A DNA stretch of 63,082 nucleotides, counting the filler, from Choristocarpus tenellus KU-1152 (taxonomy: Eukaryota; Protista; Phaeophyceae): NCBI GenBank assembly GCA_964200185.2. It is 9 parts of 9 records of this genome, joined end to end, with 100 filler letters (N's around TTAATTAATTAA, not from the genome) between each part and the next. Parts side by side here need not be neighbours in the genome. Positions count along the whole stretch, not along the records: positions 25,341 to 29,172 come from CAXNAD020017673.1; positions 29,273 to 42,925 come from CAXNAD020001423.1; 7 more parts are not named here. The stretch is one strand, 5' to 3'. Below, in pieces: positions 27,503-40,534 of the stretch; positions within the stretch are counted from its first letter, which is position 1, and every line of letters begins with the position of its first letter. A program made the position numbers and the translations under genes. The notes beneath the pieces are model-generated. The model was not told the DNA's origin. It made no database searches and was given only the letters and a program-made list of their open reading frames with translations.

Positions 27503-27937
27503 CCGCCATATCCGCCCGGCACGTATTGCAGTGATGCAGAGTGTTTCCGTCCAAGGCTTCTTCTACACTGGAAGCAGCGAACCTAGAACTCTCGGCCACG
27601 AGAGGACCAGACCCGGAGTCACCAGAACCTGGACCACCGGTCCCACCTCCCCACAGGTTCCCACTAGAGTCTCCATCCAATGCCGCTAAGCCTTGCCCTC
27701 GCGGAGCCTGCCGTGCCTTAAGACCAACACCACACTGTCCATTCACCATTGCACTTTCGCCTTCACCTTCGTCCTGTTCATCCTCTTCCCCCTGTCCATC
27801 CCCCCCCCCATCTATCCTGCCGAGCCCCTGGACCTCTGTTGGTTCTCTTCCTGGTTCTGGTCTAGAACCGGGCACCGAACCCGTAGTAGGGACTGTTGCG
27901 GTTTCTGAGCTGTCAGACGTGAAGCGAGCTCTGTCAG
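27503..27937 (-). CDS. Hypothetical low-complexity (G/E/S-rich) exon of a fragmented gene
   Basis: cag|GCT acceptor and gtgag donor around an open frame ADRARFTSDSSETATVPTTGSVPGSRPEP...HHCNTCRADMA, GC-rich relative to the flanks. Confidence 0.4.
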
Positions 27938-29799
27938 CCTGCTGGGTGCCCAGGAATCACGCGATGGTTCACGGATGTACATCAGTGGGAAGTGTGTACA
28001 TGTATGCATGTCTTGATGTGCGCTTGTGTTTGAGGGGAGCGGCAGCACGGTATGTCTACAGACAGAGGTGCAAAATTGGTGGAAGGACAACGGAAAAGAA
28101 AAACTACAAAAAATACCCACACTCTGCCCTAATCCTAAAACAAGTCCCCCACTGAACACTGCAAGGAAATGAACACTTACAAAATAGTCACAATTTGTGA
28201 GGGAAAGGACAAAGAAACAGGTTCTGCAGTGTGCCTTCTAACCACCAAGAGACCTAAGGTAAATGCTAAAAAAATTCAAGCTTGCAAGACATCTATCAAA
28301 GTGCTCTCTTTGAATCAAAACCAGAAAAATGGCATTCTAACCCTGGTTTGAAAAGTCCAACAAAGAGAACACCTGCAACCTTTTACCTCTCCCCCCTAAA
28401 CACAAACAAAACAAAAACAAGGTAAAAAACAATCGGCTTAAGTAAAAAAGCAAGCGGTGAGACCTGAGTTCCCACACAAAACAAACATCTCAGAGTCCTA
28501 CATACTCATTGGTTTCTTCCATGTCACACACACAAACTTCTTAAAGGGCGATAAATGTTCTGCAGACCAGAACTCAGAAAACCCTTACACCAGGCAAAAC
28601 ATTCAAGGTTGGCGCAGCGAGTTTAACCCTCTGCGGTTACCCCAAACAGTATCAGTCCGGATTCAATCCGGACTACACTACACAGCTCACGATGATGGGG
28701 AGTGGAAAAAAAAATCGGATATCCATCCGATGCTAAAAGCAAGTAGTGCACAAAAGTATAGGGCATTGAGCTGTTTGATCTGAACCGCATCTATGTTGCA
28801 CCATTAGAACAAAGTAAGATGGCACACACAAACACAATAAAAAACAAACCTCGTAGTACTGCACCAGAGAGCCTCCGTTGTCGTCTTTCCAGCTGAGGCG
28901 GCAAGAAGACCTCCCTGACGCCAAAGAAGAACTGCCTTGCTCATGACTGCTGTTGTTTTCCTTTCTCAAGCAAGGAGAGCACGCAGTAGGGTGTGGTGAG
29001 GGGGACAAGCCAATGACTGAGATACCAAAGCAATAAAAGTTACTGCATTACCAAACATGACGTCATCAACATAAAAATATCCTGTATTACAATTCCCCCC
29101 CCCCCCCCAGAAAACCCCTCTCCCTCCATTCCCCCCGCACCCCCACCCCACCCCTAACCCCCCCCATCCCCANNNNNNNNNNNNNNNNNNNNNNNNNNNN
29201 NNNNNNNNNNNNNNNNTTAATTAATTAANNNNNNNNNNNNNNNNNNNNNNNNNNNNNNNNNNNNNNNNNNNNCTCTCCCAATCTTCAGTTCCCCCCCCCC
29301 CCCCTTCCCACCCCCCCTCCCATCACTCTTATTTAATATATCTCTTATTTAATATGTGTATCCGATACATAGAAGAAATGTAGGTAAGCTACTCCACAGT
29401 GTTTTGTCAAAGCAAGTATGTATGGACAAAAAGAACATGTGGTTTATGCTAATTTTGAGGACAAATTGGAGATAAATCCTGCCCAATCAGAACTATCGGG
29501 ATTCTCAAATTTCAAATTTGAGATCTGTCAGTATACTTCATATCACTATGTACGTATACATATATACCAATGTCGGTATACTCTCCACACTTCATACCTT
29601 CATCAGTCTTTTCCACAGTATGGTAGTACCATTTTACTGACTCCATAAATTCTACATTTCATATCCTGGTTCTCTGATACCCTACCAACTTGAGCACCCT
29701 GTAGGAAGGAAGGCATTGAACAATGTCCTGGACCTCCATATAATTGCTGAGATGAGACTCAAGTTCGAAGTGAGTGCAACGCTAACCATCAGATGCCGT

Positions 29800-30033
29800 C
29801 TCTCTCTCTCTCTCTCTCTCTGTAATGTGTGTGTTATGTGTGTGTTATGCATGTGTTATGCATGTGTGTTATGTGTGTGTTACGTATGTGTGTTGTGCGT
29901 ACATTGTGTGTTGATGGTGTGATGTGATGATATTTGGGTGTGTGTTACGTGTGTGTTATGTATGTGTGTTATGATCTTTGGGTGTGTGTTATGTATGTGT
30001 GTTATGTACGTGTTACGTATGTGTGTTATGTGT
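29800..30033. repeat. (CT)n followed by a degenerate (TGTGTGTTA)n tract upstream of an FBPase acceptor
   Basis: Directly visible. Confidence 0.85.
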
Positions 30034-30038
30034 CGAAG

Positions 30039-33000
30039 GCAAGTACTGTGTAGCCTTCGACCCCCTTGATGGATCGTCGAACATAGACTGTAACGTGTCT
30101 ACTGGAACCATTTTTGCGGTGTATGAGAAGAAGTCGGAATTTGGAGGAAGTATGGAAGATGTGCTCAGGTCTGGCACTGACATCAAGGTAAGAGCGCACT
30201 TACGTATTGATGAATGAAGTATCTGCACAGTTTTTGGATAGTAGGTCACTGAGGTTGAGGGATAGAGGGCATGGGATGAAAGGCAACGAGCAGGTCAATG
30301 AAAGAGCCTGCTCCAAATATTGAACCAATAGGATGCATTGGCTGCTTTCAAGTTCCTGTAGTATTAATTCCTGGTTCCGTGTTCATATCGTTTGTGTGCT
30401 GTTTAGAATACAGACAAATCAGATGTGCACATATGTGTATATATATGTGTGTGTATGTGTTATAAAGTGTATGAGTATTGTTCTAATTCGTGTGTGTCAC
30501 CACAGAAATATTTACTTTTGCTTATCATGTTTTTTACCATGTGAGCTCTGTTACGTTTGTTATACTTTGTTTTTTACATTGTAATGTACAGTTACGTTTG
30601 TTACTGTTAAGAATGATTCTGATTGGTTTTGGTTACTATTGAGAGTTTTTTTTTACTGTTTTTTTTTTTTTTTACCAATTATACTTACATTTTCGCCCCT
30701 TTCCTTGTTTTCTGCATTCCTTTGTTTTTCTTCCCTTCTTNNNNNNNNNNTTTTTCTTTTTTTGTTTGGTTTTTTTTTTTTTTTAGTTTTTTTTTTTACT
30801 GTTTTTTTTTTTTTTTCACAAAGTATACTAAGAGTTACGCCCAGTACCATGTTTCCGGCATACCTCGGTTTGACTACACTTCTGTGATTGTGATTATTGT
30901 TGCTGAGGTTTAGGATCTGCATGGACACAAGATTTTTTTGTTTTTTGTGTGGGGTACGGTAGACTGGAAATTTGTTTTACCGCCAGAGGTAAATGTATAG
31001 CGTTATTGTGCTCTGTCCACCTCCAAGCTTTTTCTCAGCAGAATCCAGAATTTTCTTTGTTAGTGCGGACCACGCCAAGTATTTATGGCTGTAATTTTGA
31101 TGTTGATGGATGCTTTTATTACGAACTGAAAGGAACGCAGGTACCGTCATCTTGAGTCCTGTTGTTAGCCTACACTATCAGTTCAGCCTAGCACACTCTG
31201 TGTGTGAACTTGTATATTCTTTTTATTATTAGTATGGTTCTGTTGTTGAGGACCCTGGCAAGTAACATGCATATTCTGAGAGGAGCATGAAAAAAATAAT
31301 AAAAATAATAAAAAGACAGGAAAAATTGTTGCGTCTGGAAAGTTCTGCAATCGAGGCTGTTCTGGATTTTTTTGAAATTTATTGTTACATACGTTTACTG
31401 CAAATATTTATTTTTTATTTTTTATTGTGATGTGAGCTTTGATGTGAGCTTTGATGTGAGCTACTGGCCGTATGTGTCTGCCTGAATGGAGCTCCCATTG
31501 CGCCTTGGCACTTGATGCTGGTGGTGATGGTTTGTGTCGCTTTGATTTGCCCTCTGGGTCCTCTCGTAGTGAGATGAAGTTGTAGTATCTATCTGGCTCT
31601 TGATGGATTGCAATACTTCAAATGCATGAGATGAAGTTGTAGTATCTATCTGGCTCTTGATGGATTGCAATACTTCAAATGCATGAGACGAAGTTGTATT
31701 ATCTATCTGGCTCTTGATGGATTGCAATACTTCAAATGCATGAGACGAAGTTGTAGTATCTATCTGGCTCTTGATGGATTGCAATACTTCAAATGCATGA
31801 GACGAAGTTGTAGTATCTATCTGGCTCTTGATGGATTGCAATACTTCAAATGCACGCTGTTACTATGTTGAATTAGGTAGCTGGATACTGCATGTATGGA
31901 TCGGCAACGGAATTGGTGATTACCTTTTACGGATCAGGCGTTCACCGGTTCACTCTTGACCCATCGCTGGGAGAGTTCATCCACATTGCTGCCAATGTTC
32001 GCATCCCAGACAAACCCAAGGTCTGCATACATACATACATACATACATACATACATACATACGTACATACTGCTTTGGGATATAGGGCCAAAGGGTTAGG
32101 GCAAGGGCTGTTGAGTGAGTATGGTTGGGGTTTTGAGGAGTTGTGGTGTTTTGTTCCGTGCACGTTTTTAACTTGAAGTTTGGGGTTTGATTTGGGGACA
32201 GTGCAATCTTTTTTTTATGCTGGATGTTTATGTTTTTGTAAGAGCTCTGCGAGTGTTTGAATTTGAATTTGAATTTGAATCTTCAGAAGGTTGTAAATGT
32301 TAGTCCACTGGGTTCTTTTTTTGTTTTTGTTGCTAGAGATGTCAAGAGTTATCAAAGGGAAAAAATGAAATAAATAAGAAATAAATAAGAAATATATATA
32401 TATTGATTTTTAGAGAACAAGAAAGTGCAAGGGCGTATTTGGGTGAGGGCAGACAGGCAGCATGGTGAGAAGGAATTGGAGCACATCATGGCTGTGGTAT
32501 TGGTTTTTGACATGTGATGTTAGATGTGTGGGTCAGGTAGTATGAAGACCACACTAGAGGTGTCTGTTGGAGAAAGAACGATAGTCTTCCTCAAGAAGAA
32601 TGGGGGAGACTGAAGTATGAGGATCTTTTATTTCAACTTTTTGTCCTTGATGCAGATAGGCTGAGAGTGATTTATAGCATCTGATTTAGAGGGTTAGGTT
32701 TGTATTGATCTTAGGGTTAGGGTTAGGGTTAGGTTTTTTATCTTTGTGAGAAGTGTTAGGTCTTTAGAAGTGTTTGATCTTTGGGTCATGTTGGGTGGTG
32801 GTGGCATTGCTATTGTTAAAATTACTATTGTTGAGGTCTGCCGAACTTGTTAGTCTGTCCTGCTTGGCAATGCCCTTTCTTTTGTGTACAAGGTTTCAGA
32901 TTTGGCAAGTTCCCCCCTTTATGTTACTTGCATGCAAATGTTTACATGTGTGTGATCCAGAGCAGTATGGGTATATTTGACAAATGCTGTATTATTAGCG

Positions 33001-33953
33001 TGATCTCGTTGCAGGATGAAGAGGGTGACTGAACTCTGTGCTGGTGCTTTGTGTGTATGCTCTTGTCATTGTTGCTGGACAGACCATCTACTCTTGCAAT
33101 GAGGGCAACTTTGACAGCTGGGATGATGAGATCAAGCGTAGTGTGATGGGGATGAAGTCTCAGGAAAAGCCCTTTGCCCAGCGTTACGTGGGGTCAATGG
33201 TCTCAGACGTCCACCGTACGCTCTTGTATGGTGGACTGTTCCTGTACCCTGCCGATAAAAAGTCCCCTAATGGTGAGGTAGCCCCCTAACCTTAAGCACG
33301 TGTCTTGATCTAGTGATCTAGTGAGGTGGATGAAAGGGGGTGTTGGTTGTGTAGAGAGTATCGTGTCAGTGTTTGAACAGACCAAAGCGAAGCGTCAGTC
33401 TTGTTGTGTGCTTGTGGATTGTGTGTTTTGTGTTTTGTGTTTTTTTTGTGGAGTGGGACGCCCGGTTGGGTGTTGTTTTGTTTAGAGGTTGGGGATGATG
33501 AAAAAGGTTGGGAAAAGAATAATAAGAAGGAGAAGTGGACCCCTCGAGGCAACTCCGATTGCTTGATCTTTGCTTTATGGGTGTAGATCTTTGTTTAGAG
33601 TGTAGGGGCATTTGTCCGTTTCTGTTGGTAGTGCTGGTGAACCATGTGGTGTGCATGAGTGAGGTGCTTCAGCAGTAGAAGAGATGTTGTATGTCCCATG
33701 TGTTACGATCTGATTGTGCAAATGCATTTAATCGCCTTTTTTTTTGTGTGCAGGCAAGCTGAGGGTCCTCTATGAGGGCTTCCCTATGGCGCTCATTGTG
33801 GAGCAGGCAGGCGGAGTCGCTTCAACGGGTATGTTTAAGGGGAGCATTGGACGAGTCCTGGAACTTGTCCCCTCTGGGGTACATGAACGATGCCCTATTA
33901 TCCTGGGCAACAGTGAGTTTGTTTCGCGTGTGGTGGATGAGTACGGGCACTAG
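30039..33953 (+). CDS. FBP: Fructose-1,6-bisphosphatase class 1 (5'-partial), probably cytosolic type. Exons 30039-30187, 31877-32020, 33083-33272, 33754-33953
   Basis: Motifs [70 protein letters not shown] and [21 protein letters not shown]. Splice phases join correctly and the stop is TAG at 33951-33953. There is no Cys-containing redox insertion after GTIF. Confidence 0.95.
31571..31854. repeat. 57-bp tandem repeat x5 in an FBPase intron
   Basis: GAGAYGAAGTTGTAGTATCTATCTGGCTCTTGATGGATTGCAATACTTCAAATGCAT at 31571, 31628, 31685, 31742 and 31799. Confidence 0.95.
32711..32733 (+). repeat. Interstitial telomere-like (TTAGGG)n; others at 3676-3691, 35468-35490, 48693-48712, 50715-50749 and 60518-60531
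   Basis: TTAGGGTTAGGGTTAGGGTTAGG. Confidence 0.8.
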
Positions 33954-36900
33954 GAGCAGAGGAAATCAGTGTCTTGAGGATGAAGGAATGCCAAGCGGAA
34001 TGGAACAGGGAGGGAGTGCTTCCGGAAGAGATGTAGGCTCTGGGCACTCTGGATTGTCCTGGTAGCCTTGTTTAGCAGAGTTAGTTTCAATTTAGTATTG
34101 TGTGGTCCCCATGTTCCCCGACAGCGAGGAAAGTAATCTAGAGGTGATTGAGAAAGAGATGCATCAAGATGGTTTGATCGTGATGAGAATGATGGTGATG
34201 AGAATGATGGTGTGGGTTTGTGAGTCGTGGTGAGTTGAAGTGTTGATTAGTTTTCCTCTCCGACTTGGTTGAGATGGGGAGGGGGGTAGGTTTTGAACCT
34301 CAAGATGGGCTGAAGTGGCAGTTGGCTAGTGTTGTACCCATGCTACGCTTTGCTTGAGTTTGGTTTGTTTCAAGTCTCTGGTATGTAGGGCTTCTTTGTT
34401 ACTTATGTTTATTTGCTGTACCCAAGTGCTACTGTGGTGTGTGCGACTTGCTCATCTACCCTACCCACTGGACTTTGGTGGTTAAACTACAACTTGGATT
34501 CCTAGGCTGCAAGAGGTGTGTTTTTTTTTTTGCCTATGTCACAAGCTTGCTGGTGTTCCATTCAGGTCCTGTTGGGCAGTGTTCCTGTTGTTTGGTTAGA
34601 AAGTGCCACAGGTGCGATTACCTCCTTTGGCATTGGTTTCGGATGCTCTGGTGCATGGTCTATTTTGTCAAGTGGGTGCGTAGTACTCTATTTAGGTAAT
34701 ATCAATCGTGTGGATAGGGTAAGTGAAAAGTTTCAACAGGAGTAGGACACAAGATTGTGTACATGTGTTGAACATGTATTCCTTCCATTTCTCTTTGTTG
34801 TTCTCACCTTGCTAATGCTCGCTTGTTGATCCTGGGTTCAAATCCTGGTGTCAAGTCAATGCATTTTTTTTTCTTTCTGGTAGTTACTTTGCATTTTTCA
34901 TTATGATATCAATGTAGTGTTTGGTCCAATAATTGGCCTCTACTGGCGCCTTTGATCAGTACCACCATACCCAAATCACGCAGTCCTTGCTATCTCCACC
35001 ACAATCCATAAATGGAGCAGAAGATAAGGTGAGAAAGTCAAGGTCACAAATCTCTTTCATCTGACTACATACCGTGTGGAGGTCTTGAGTATTCACTAAC
35101 CTGCAGAGTCAAGGTAAAAGAGAGGCACCCAGGTTTTGACCGTTTTGCATTTTTTAAAGTTAAAAAAAAATCTTTTGCAATTAACCTGTACTTCTTGGGA
35201 TGAAGTTCTAAGTTTGACTTGAGAGCATTTATTTCTCCACTGCTTGAAACCTTTCTGACAAATTCAAAAAATATTCTATACATGTAGAAAAAGCTGAATA
35301 TTGCACATATTTATCAGCATCATTTAAGTCTAACTCTGGGTACCTCTTGTTTACTTGGACTCTGGAGCAGTTGGTTTTAGTAAGCACATCGTTCAGTTGT
35401 TATCATGCATCGCAGTTTAGTAAGTGGGGTTTTCATTCAATTAGTGCTTTCAGGTGGTTCATCACTTGGGTTAGGGTTAGGGTTAGGGTTCAGGTGGTGC
35501 ATCAATTGAAAGCAGTCTGCCCATCAAACATATTATGATCATGAACTCTACCTGTCCCAGATGGATGGCATCGTTGAATGAGAGAGTTCCATCTCTCTGT
35601 TTTACTTCTTTCTTTGCCCACCAACCTGAAGTCGTTGCACTATGTGCCAAAAGAGAACCTTCTCATTGATGTGGTAGATGGGTCGGGTGCCCTTAACCCA
35701 TAAAAATCCTGGGAAACTTGCTTGGACTTTGCCCCTAGAGGGGGAATATTCTTGTTGAGCATAGTAGGTGCTTAAATGTAAAGGTGATGATGGGCACTTT
35801 GAAATACTGTTGAAAGTGAGCTGAAAGTGGAAGCCTTGCCGTCCTTAAGCATTGTTAATAATGAATGACCTCTTCATCCATAAGCTGATATGCTTAGTTT
35901 TGGATGACATGACCCTGCCACCCCAAGTCAACTGTTGATTGGTCACTTAGCACCCACCTCTTACCAAGATGAAGTGCATTTTCTTGAGGATGAAGAGGAC
36001 ATTAATCTTCAAGCAGCTTGACAATGGTTACGTCGTGTGAATGCATTTACGGGATTTCTTGAACTTGCTTGCGCTCTTCCACGGGGAACTAGCCCTGTGA
36101 TGTATCAGTGACTCCAAATACTACCTAATTGACATGCTCCCCATTTGCCGCCATCCCATCGGTTATGCCTGTACGTACACGGATAGAGAGATTAATTTGA
36201 TGCAGGGTGGTGTATTAATAGTGTTCTGTTTTGCAGGTAGCTGCTACCGTAGCATCGCGTCCTGATAAGCATAGAGGGGCGACTGAGGTCTGTGCCTGTT
36301 CATGCATGACTACTCTCTCGAAGTTGTTAAAAAAGATCACCTACTCGTGCAGCAAGGTCAACTTTGATGCCTAGGACGAGGAGGTCAAGAGGGGGGTGAT
36401 GGGAATGAATGGAGATCTCAGAGGCCAAACGCTTTGTGGAGTGCTGTGCGAGGTCCGTTGTCTCCTACAAGCACCACAACTCCTTTTGGAAAGTGGCACC
36501 TCTCTGTAATCAATGGGCAAAGAGTCTGCTAAATATAAGATAGACCCTAGCCAAACAAAGGAAAACACCATACATATTATTGTGATGAGGTAATGGATAA
36601 TTACTGGTGGTTGTTTGGGGGTGGTATTAATGGGAGCATGTTTGAAAGTACCAGCATGAGTGGAGTCCATCGTGCTTGTCTCCTGATGATGTTTTTATCT
36701 AGCCATGTGGGACATGTCTTCCGCCATCATGAGATCTAGGGGTTAGAGAAGATTAGGTGTGAGTTATGAGAGGTAGAAATCTCGCACACATTCATGCTGA
36801 TGATATGTCCTGTTGTCAGGATTCTGTTCCAAATTGATGAAGCGCAAGGGTATGATCACCTCTTCTGCTACACTTCCAGTGACTTCTGTTGTGTGCACGT

Positions 36901-37810
36901 GCAATGATGGTGCTGGTGCAGCCTATTTGCATCGATACATTTTCCTGGGCGATTTCTTCCCACCTCTTTGTGTTTTTTTTTGTATACCTTTGTAGTGCTT
37001 CAACGTTGGAATGATTTTTCCTGATGAGTGGACGGTGTTTTCTTGCTGGGTGGATCCCTTCCAGTAAGTCTTGTGCCTCAAAAGAATATTGATATAGTCT
37101 TGGATCAATGATGGTGTCTGCAGTAAACCACAAGCACTACACAGAGGCTGTTGTGGAATGGAACTTTGTCCTTGTAGAGCATTTCTGGTCGTTTTTCATA
37201 TTTTTTAATTTTTTACAAATTATTTTTCATTTTTTCTCTCCTTGTTTGTTTCCTTTGTCGATTTTCACATATTACCGTTCTCAGTGCAACACCTCTCTCT
37301 CTCTCTCTCGCTCTCTCTCTCATCTTAATGAGCTTTCTCCTTGACAACAAGTTTTAATGAGACTATATGAAAGTGAGAGAAAGTGAAGTTAATTGTACTC
37401 GAAACAAATTCTCACAAACGGCAATCAATGTGCTTGTACATATATCCTTGTCAAAGCATCATCATAGCCTCAAAGCAAGCGCAGCATCGCCCTTCGCACC
37501 ATGTACATGGCATTGGCCATGTACTCTATTGTACATTCCCCTCCCTCTCTCTATTGTTCCTTGGTGTTCTCATCGTGAACCCCTATGCTTATTTACAGGT
37601 CGAGACATGGCATCAATACTGCCCTCGACATATGTAAGCGCTAACAGGTCTTTCCAGGATTGGGCATCTTATGTCAAATTTTCTAATAAACCACCACCAT
37701 GATCGGATTAAGGGCAACATATACACCAAAGCTACAATGAATATCCAGAAAAGTCGCCACAGCTGATAAACTACTCCAAGTAGATCATAATATATGCGAC
37801 TTAAGGTTGC

Positions 37811-38373
37811 CTGAGTAGTGGGGTCCTTGTCACCACCCTTGAAGATTTTGGCGATCAAATAATATATCTTGGTGCGCCTCCTGCTCTCATCAACACTCTC
37901 GAGGTGACTAACCACTTTTTTCGACACCCAAGAAATAAGGATCTTGTGCCTCTTCCTTGTTGGAGGTTCGTTTCGATCTACGGAGATGTGCCGACATGGA
38001 TGCTCAAAATAGCAACCAAGACAGCACTCTTGGGGTACGGGGGAACCTATGGGAGGCACAGAGGCTGGGAAGAGTCAGAGAACTTGGGTAAGATCTACCC
38101 AAGGAGACGAAAATTGGGTTGTCCTTCTAGACTCTAGGTGCACAAAAGAATGTCGATTTGTTGAGTGACTACAAGTCAAATGATTCGTGGATGAGTGTGC
38201 CTGCGGATTAATACCTACTCCACGAAACTAACTACTCGAGACTCACCAAGTTTCACGGGGGCGTAGATGGTCGTTCTGACCACAGAGGACTCCTTCAGTA
38301 GTTGAAATAGAAGGAGTGGGATGAACCACCATCCTGCGGAGAAGACAGCTGCGATGAATCGAGTGAAGCGCAT
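37811..38373 (-). CDS. Hypothetical gene 5' exons (hydrophobic N-terminus), possibly decayed downstream
   Basis: MRFTRFIAAVFSAGWWFIPLLLFQLL...PVKL G|gtgagt is phase-compatible with catag|GT TCC (GSPVPQECCLGCYFEHPCRH...). Further exon-like pieces at 34.5-37.1 kb contain stops. Confidence 0.25.
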
Positions 38374-38921
38374 CGCGTTACTGGTGTGTAGTGTTTTTTC
38401 TTGTCCGTCTACTTTCGGGAGGAAGGCGAGGGGCAAGGGAAGAGAGGTGGGTGTAGGGGACGCGATGTTAGACAAGTAAGGACCGCGAGGTTGATGTCCC
38501 TGGGGGGTAGGTAACGTAACCTGGAAGCGCATGGAGCACCCTGCTCGCACTCCAACAACAACAAGGATGGTGACGTGATGACACGATATAATACTTCCGA
38601 ATATGGGGTGACAAGGTATGGGTAGTTAGGATAAGCCGAAGGCGCATCTACGGCAAATAGAAGATAGAGGTGGTGAGAAGTGAGGAGAAGACGACAAAAT
38701 GTGGGGACAACCTGAGTTGCCTTTTGGTACGCCTGGGGACTAGCTTGGCTGGCCGTGGGTGAGGAGAAGCTTGAGCTTTGGGCGGAAACTGTTCAGAGGT
38801 TGAGATCAAGCCACGAAGTTTGAGAATGACAAGTTGGGGCCTCATGGCAGGGAGGATTGGAGGTCGATGTGTGATTGATGCATTTAACCATGGTCGACAT
38901 GTCGACGCTAGAGATTTGGCC

Positions 38922-39260
38922 GAGTATTTGTCGTGAAGAGGCAAAGGACTCCTTCCGAATATCGGAAGGATGTTCTGAGTTCTGATCATTGTATGCACTG
39001 TACAGATGTATCGACCATTCAAGTGACTACAAATGTTACCGTTTGAACGAGGTCTTTGCATCTTCCCAGGCAGGGTATGTCGTGAAGAGGCAATATATTG
39101 TTCGAAACAGAAAACATCTCAGTTCTGATTGTATGTATACTCCACATAGCTATACCAGATGTACCCACGAGTCCAATGCACTACGACACTTGGTTTTAGA
39201 GAGGACTTTGCGTGCTGTAGAAAAGTATTTGTCGTGAAGAGACAACGATCTCCTTTCAAA
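38922..39260. repeat. Degenerate ~150-bp tandem repeat x2.3
   Basis: Anchor TGTCGTGAAGAGRCAA at 38929, 39078 and 39230; AGTTCTGAT..TGTATG, CAGATGTA and GAGGWCTTTGC also recur. Confidence 0.7.
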
Positions 39261-40534
39261 TCTGATTATTTTTCTCCCCAAAGATGCAGAGGATGTAGAT
39301 GTAGAGGATGTACCGAGTAGCCCATCAATGCACTCATGTTAGATTTTACTTGATTTGAGCGAGGATTTCACCCTATACAGAACCAGAATTTAAGAGGTAT
39401 CTACCAGATCTCCGAGAAGCGTATGCTTTTCAGGTTGATCACTGTTGTTGTAACCGCCTTGTAACCGTTGCAATCTCTAACGACCAAGTCAACTTATCCA
39501 GATTTTGAGCCCACCTTCTTCTGCTATCGTACAACCACAACCAAAAAACCCCTAACCCTTAACAGAGACATTAAGCATACCAAAATAGCGCATGCACGTC
39601 CAACGCAGATTAGAAAAACTCCTGAAATTATAATTCGGCTTTCAAGAAGGGTTTTGTTTGTTGTAACAGCGGGGAAGATATTTGCGTCATCACAGACACG
39701 GGTAAGGTGGTGTGGGCACAGGAAACGGCAAGATGGACTTATTACGCACAGAATGATCGTACCTGGTGGGCAAAGGAATCTTGGAAGGACTGAAAAGAAT
39801 CCTGCTACAGAACTCAGAACATTTTCGAGCTCGACGTGGGGCAGCCGTGCGCGCGTAATCGTGAAAAGTGGAGATGCGCAACAACAAGAAGTGGGCTTCG
39901 TGTGATGCAGGTACTTCAGCCTTAATAATTATCTGACCATTTTCTGTTACTCTAAAAGAGAGGAAGATATCAAAGATCTGTGCTACCACATCTATCTATG
40001 CTCTTCTCTTCTAGTTGCTGAAAACAAATAATTTTATTCTTCTTCCACAAGGTCAAGATAATGACACCTAAAACGAGGAAATGAAGCGTGTTGTATGAGG
40101 ATGAATTCACGGATAAGTCGCGCGTGTCTACTTTGAGACTTAGCTTCATCCGATCGATGGGAACCATGCCCCACCCGTTGTACTCCGTTCTACGACTCTC
40201 TTTTGTAGCACACGGATGCATGTGGAAACCGACAAAACCTAGTCCAACAAACGATACTTTTTTGTACTAACTCCGTGCCATAAGTCTGTGTGCCGCGTTG
40301 TCCATAACTTTAAAGATGATGAAATTCATTTCTGAAAGAAGATTTGGAATCCTTGACAAATTTCTGGTTAGGGTCAGCTCTTTTTATTATTATTTACTCC
40401 CCATCTGTCACAATTTCATCAGTCACAGAAAGAGCCTCCATATCTACTTTCGGTGTGTTTTCAACCTCACCAGACAACTGCCTCTTCCTTACCCCTGTGT
40501 GCTCCATACTGAAGTCATTTCCTCCTTTGAATTT

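Noticed and set aside
28652-28673. Perfect hairpin AGTCCGGATT-C-AATCCGGACT
   Set aside because: Single occurrence, with no CTRR terminus or element boundaries to support a Helitron or terminator call.
30623-30928. Phe-rich and Lys-rich ORFs
   Set aside because: Poly-T low-quality sequence around a 10-N gap inside an FBPase intron.
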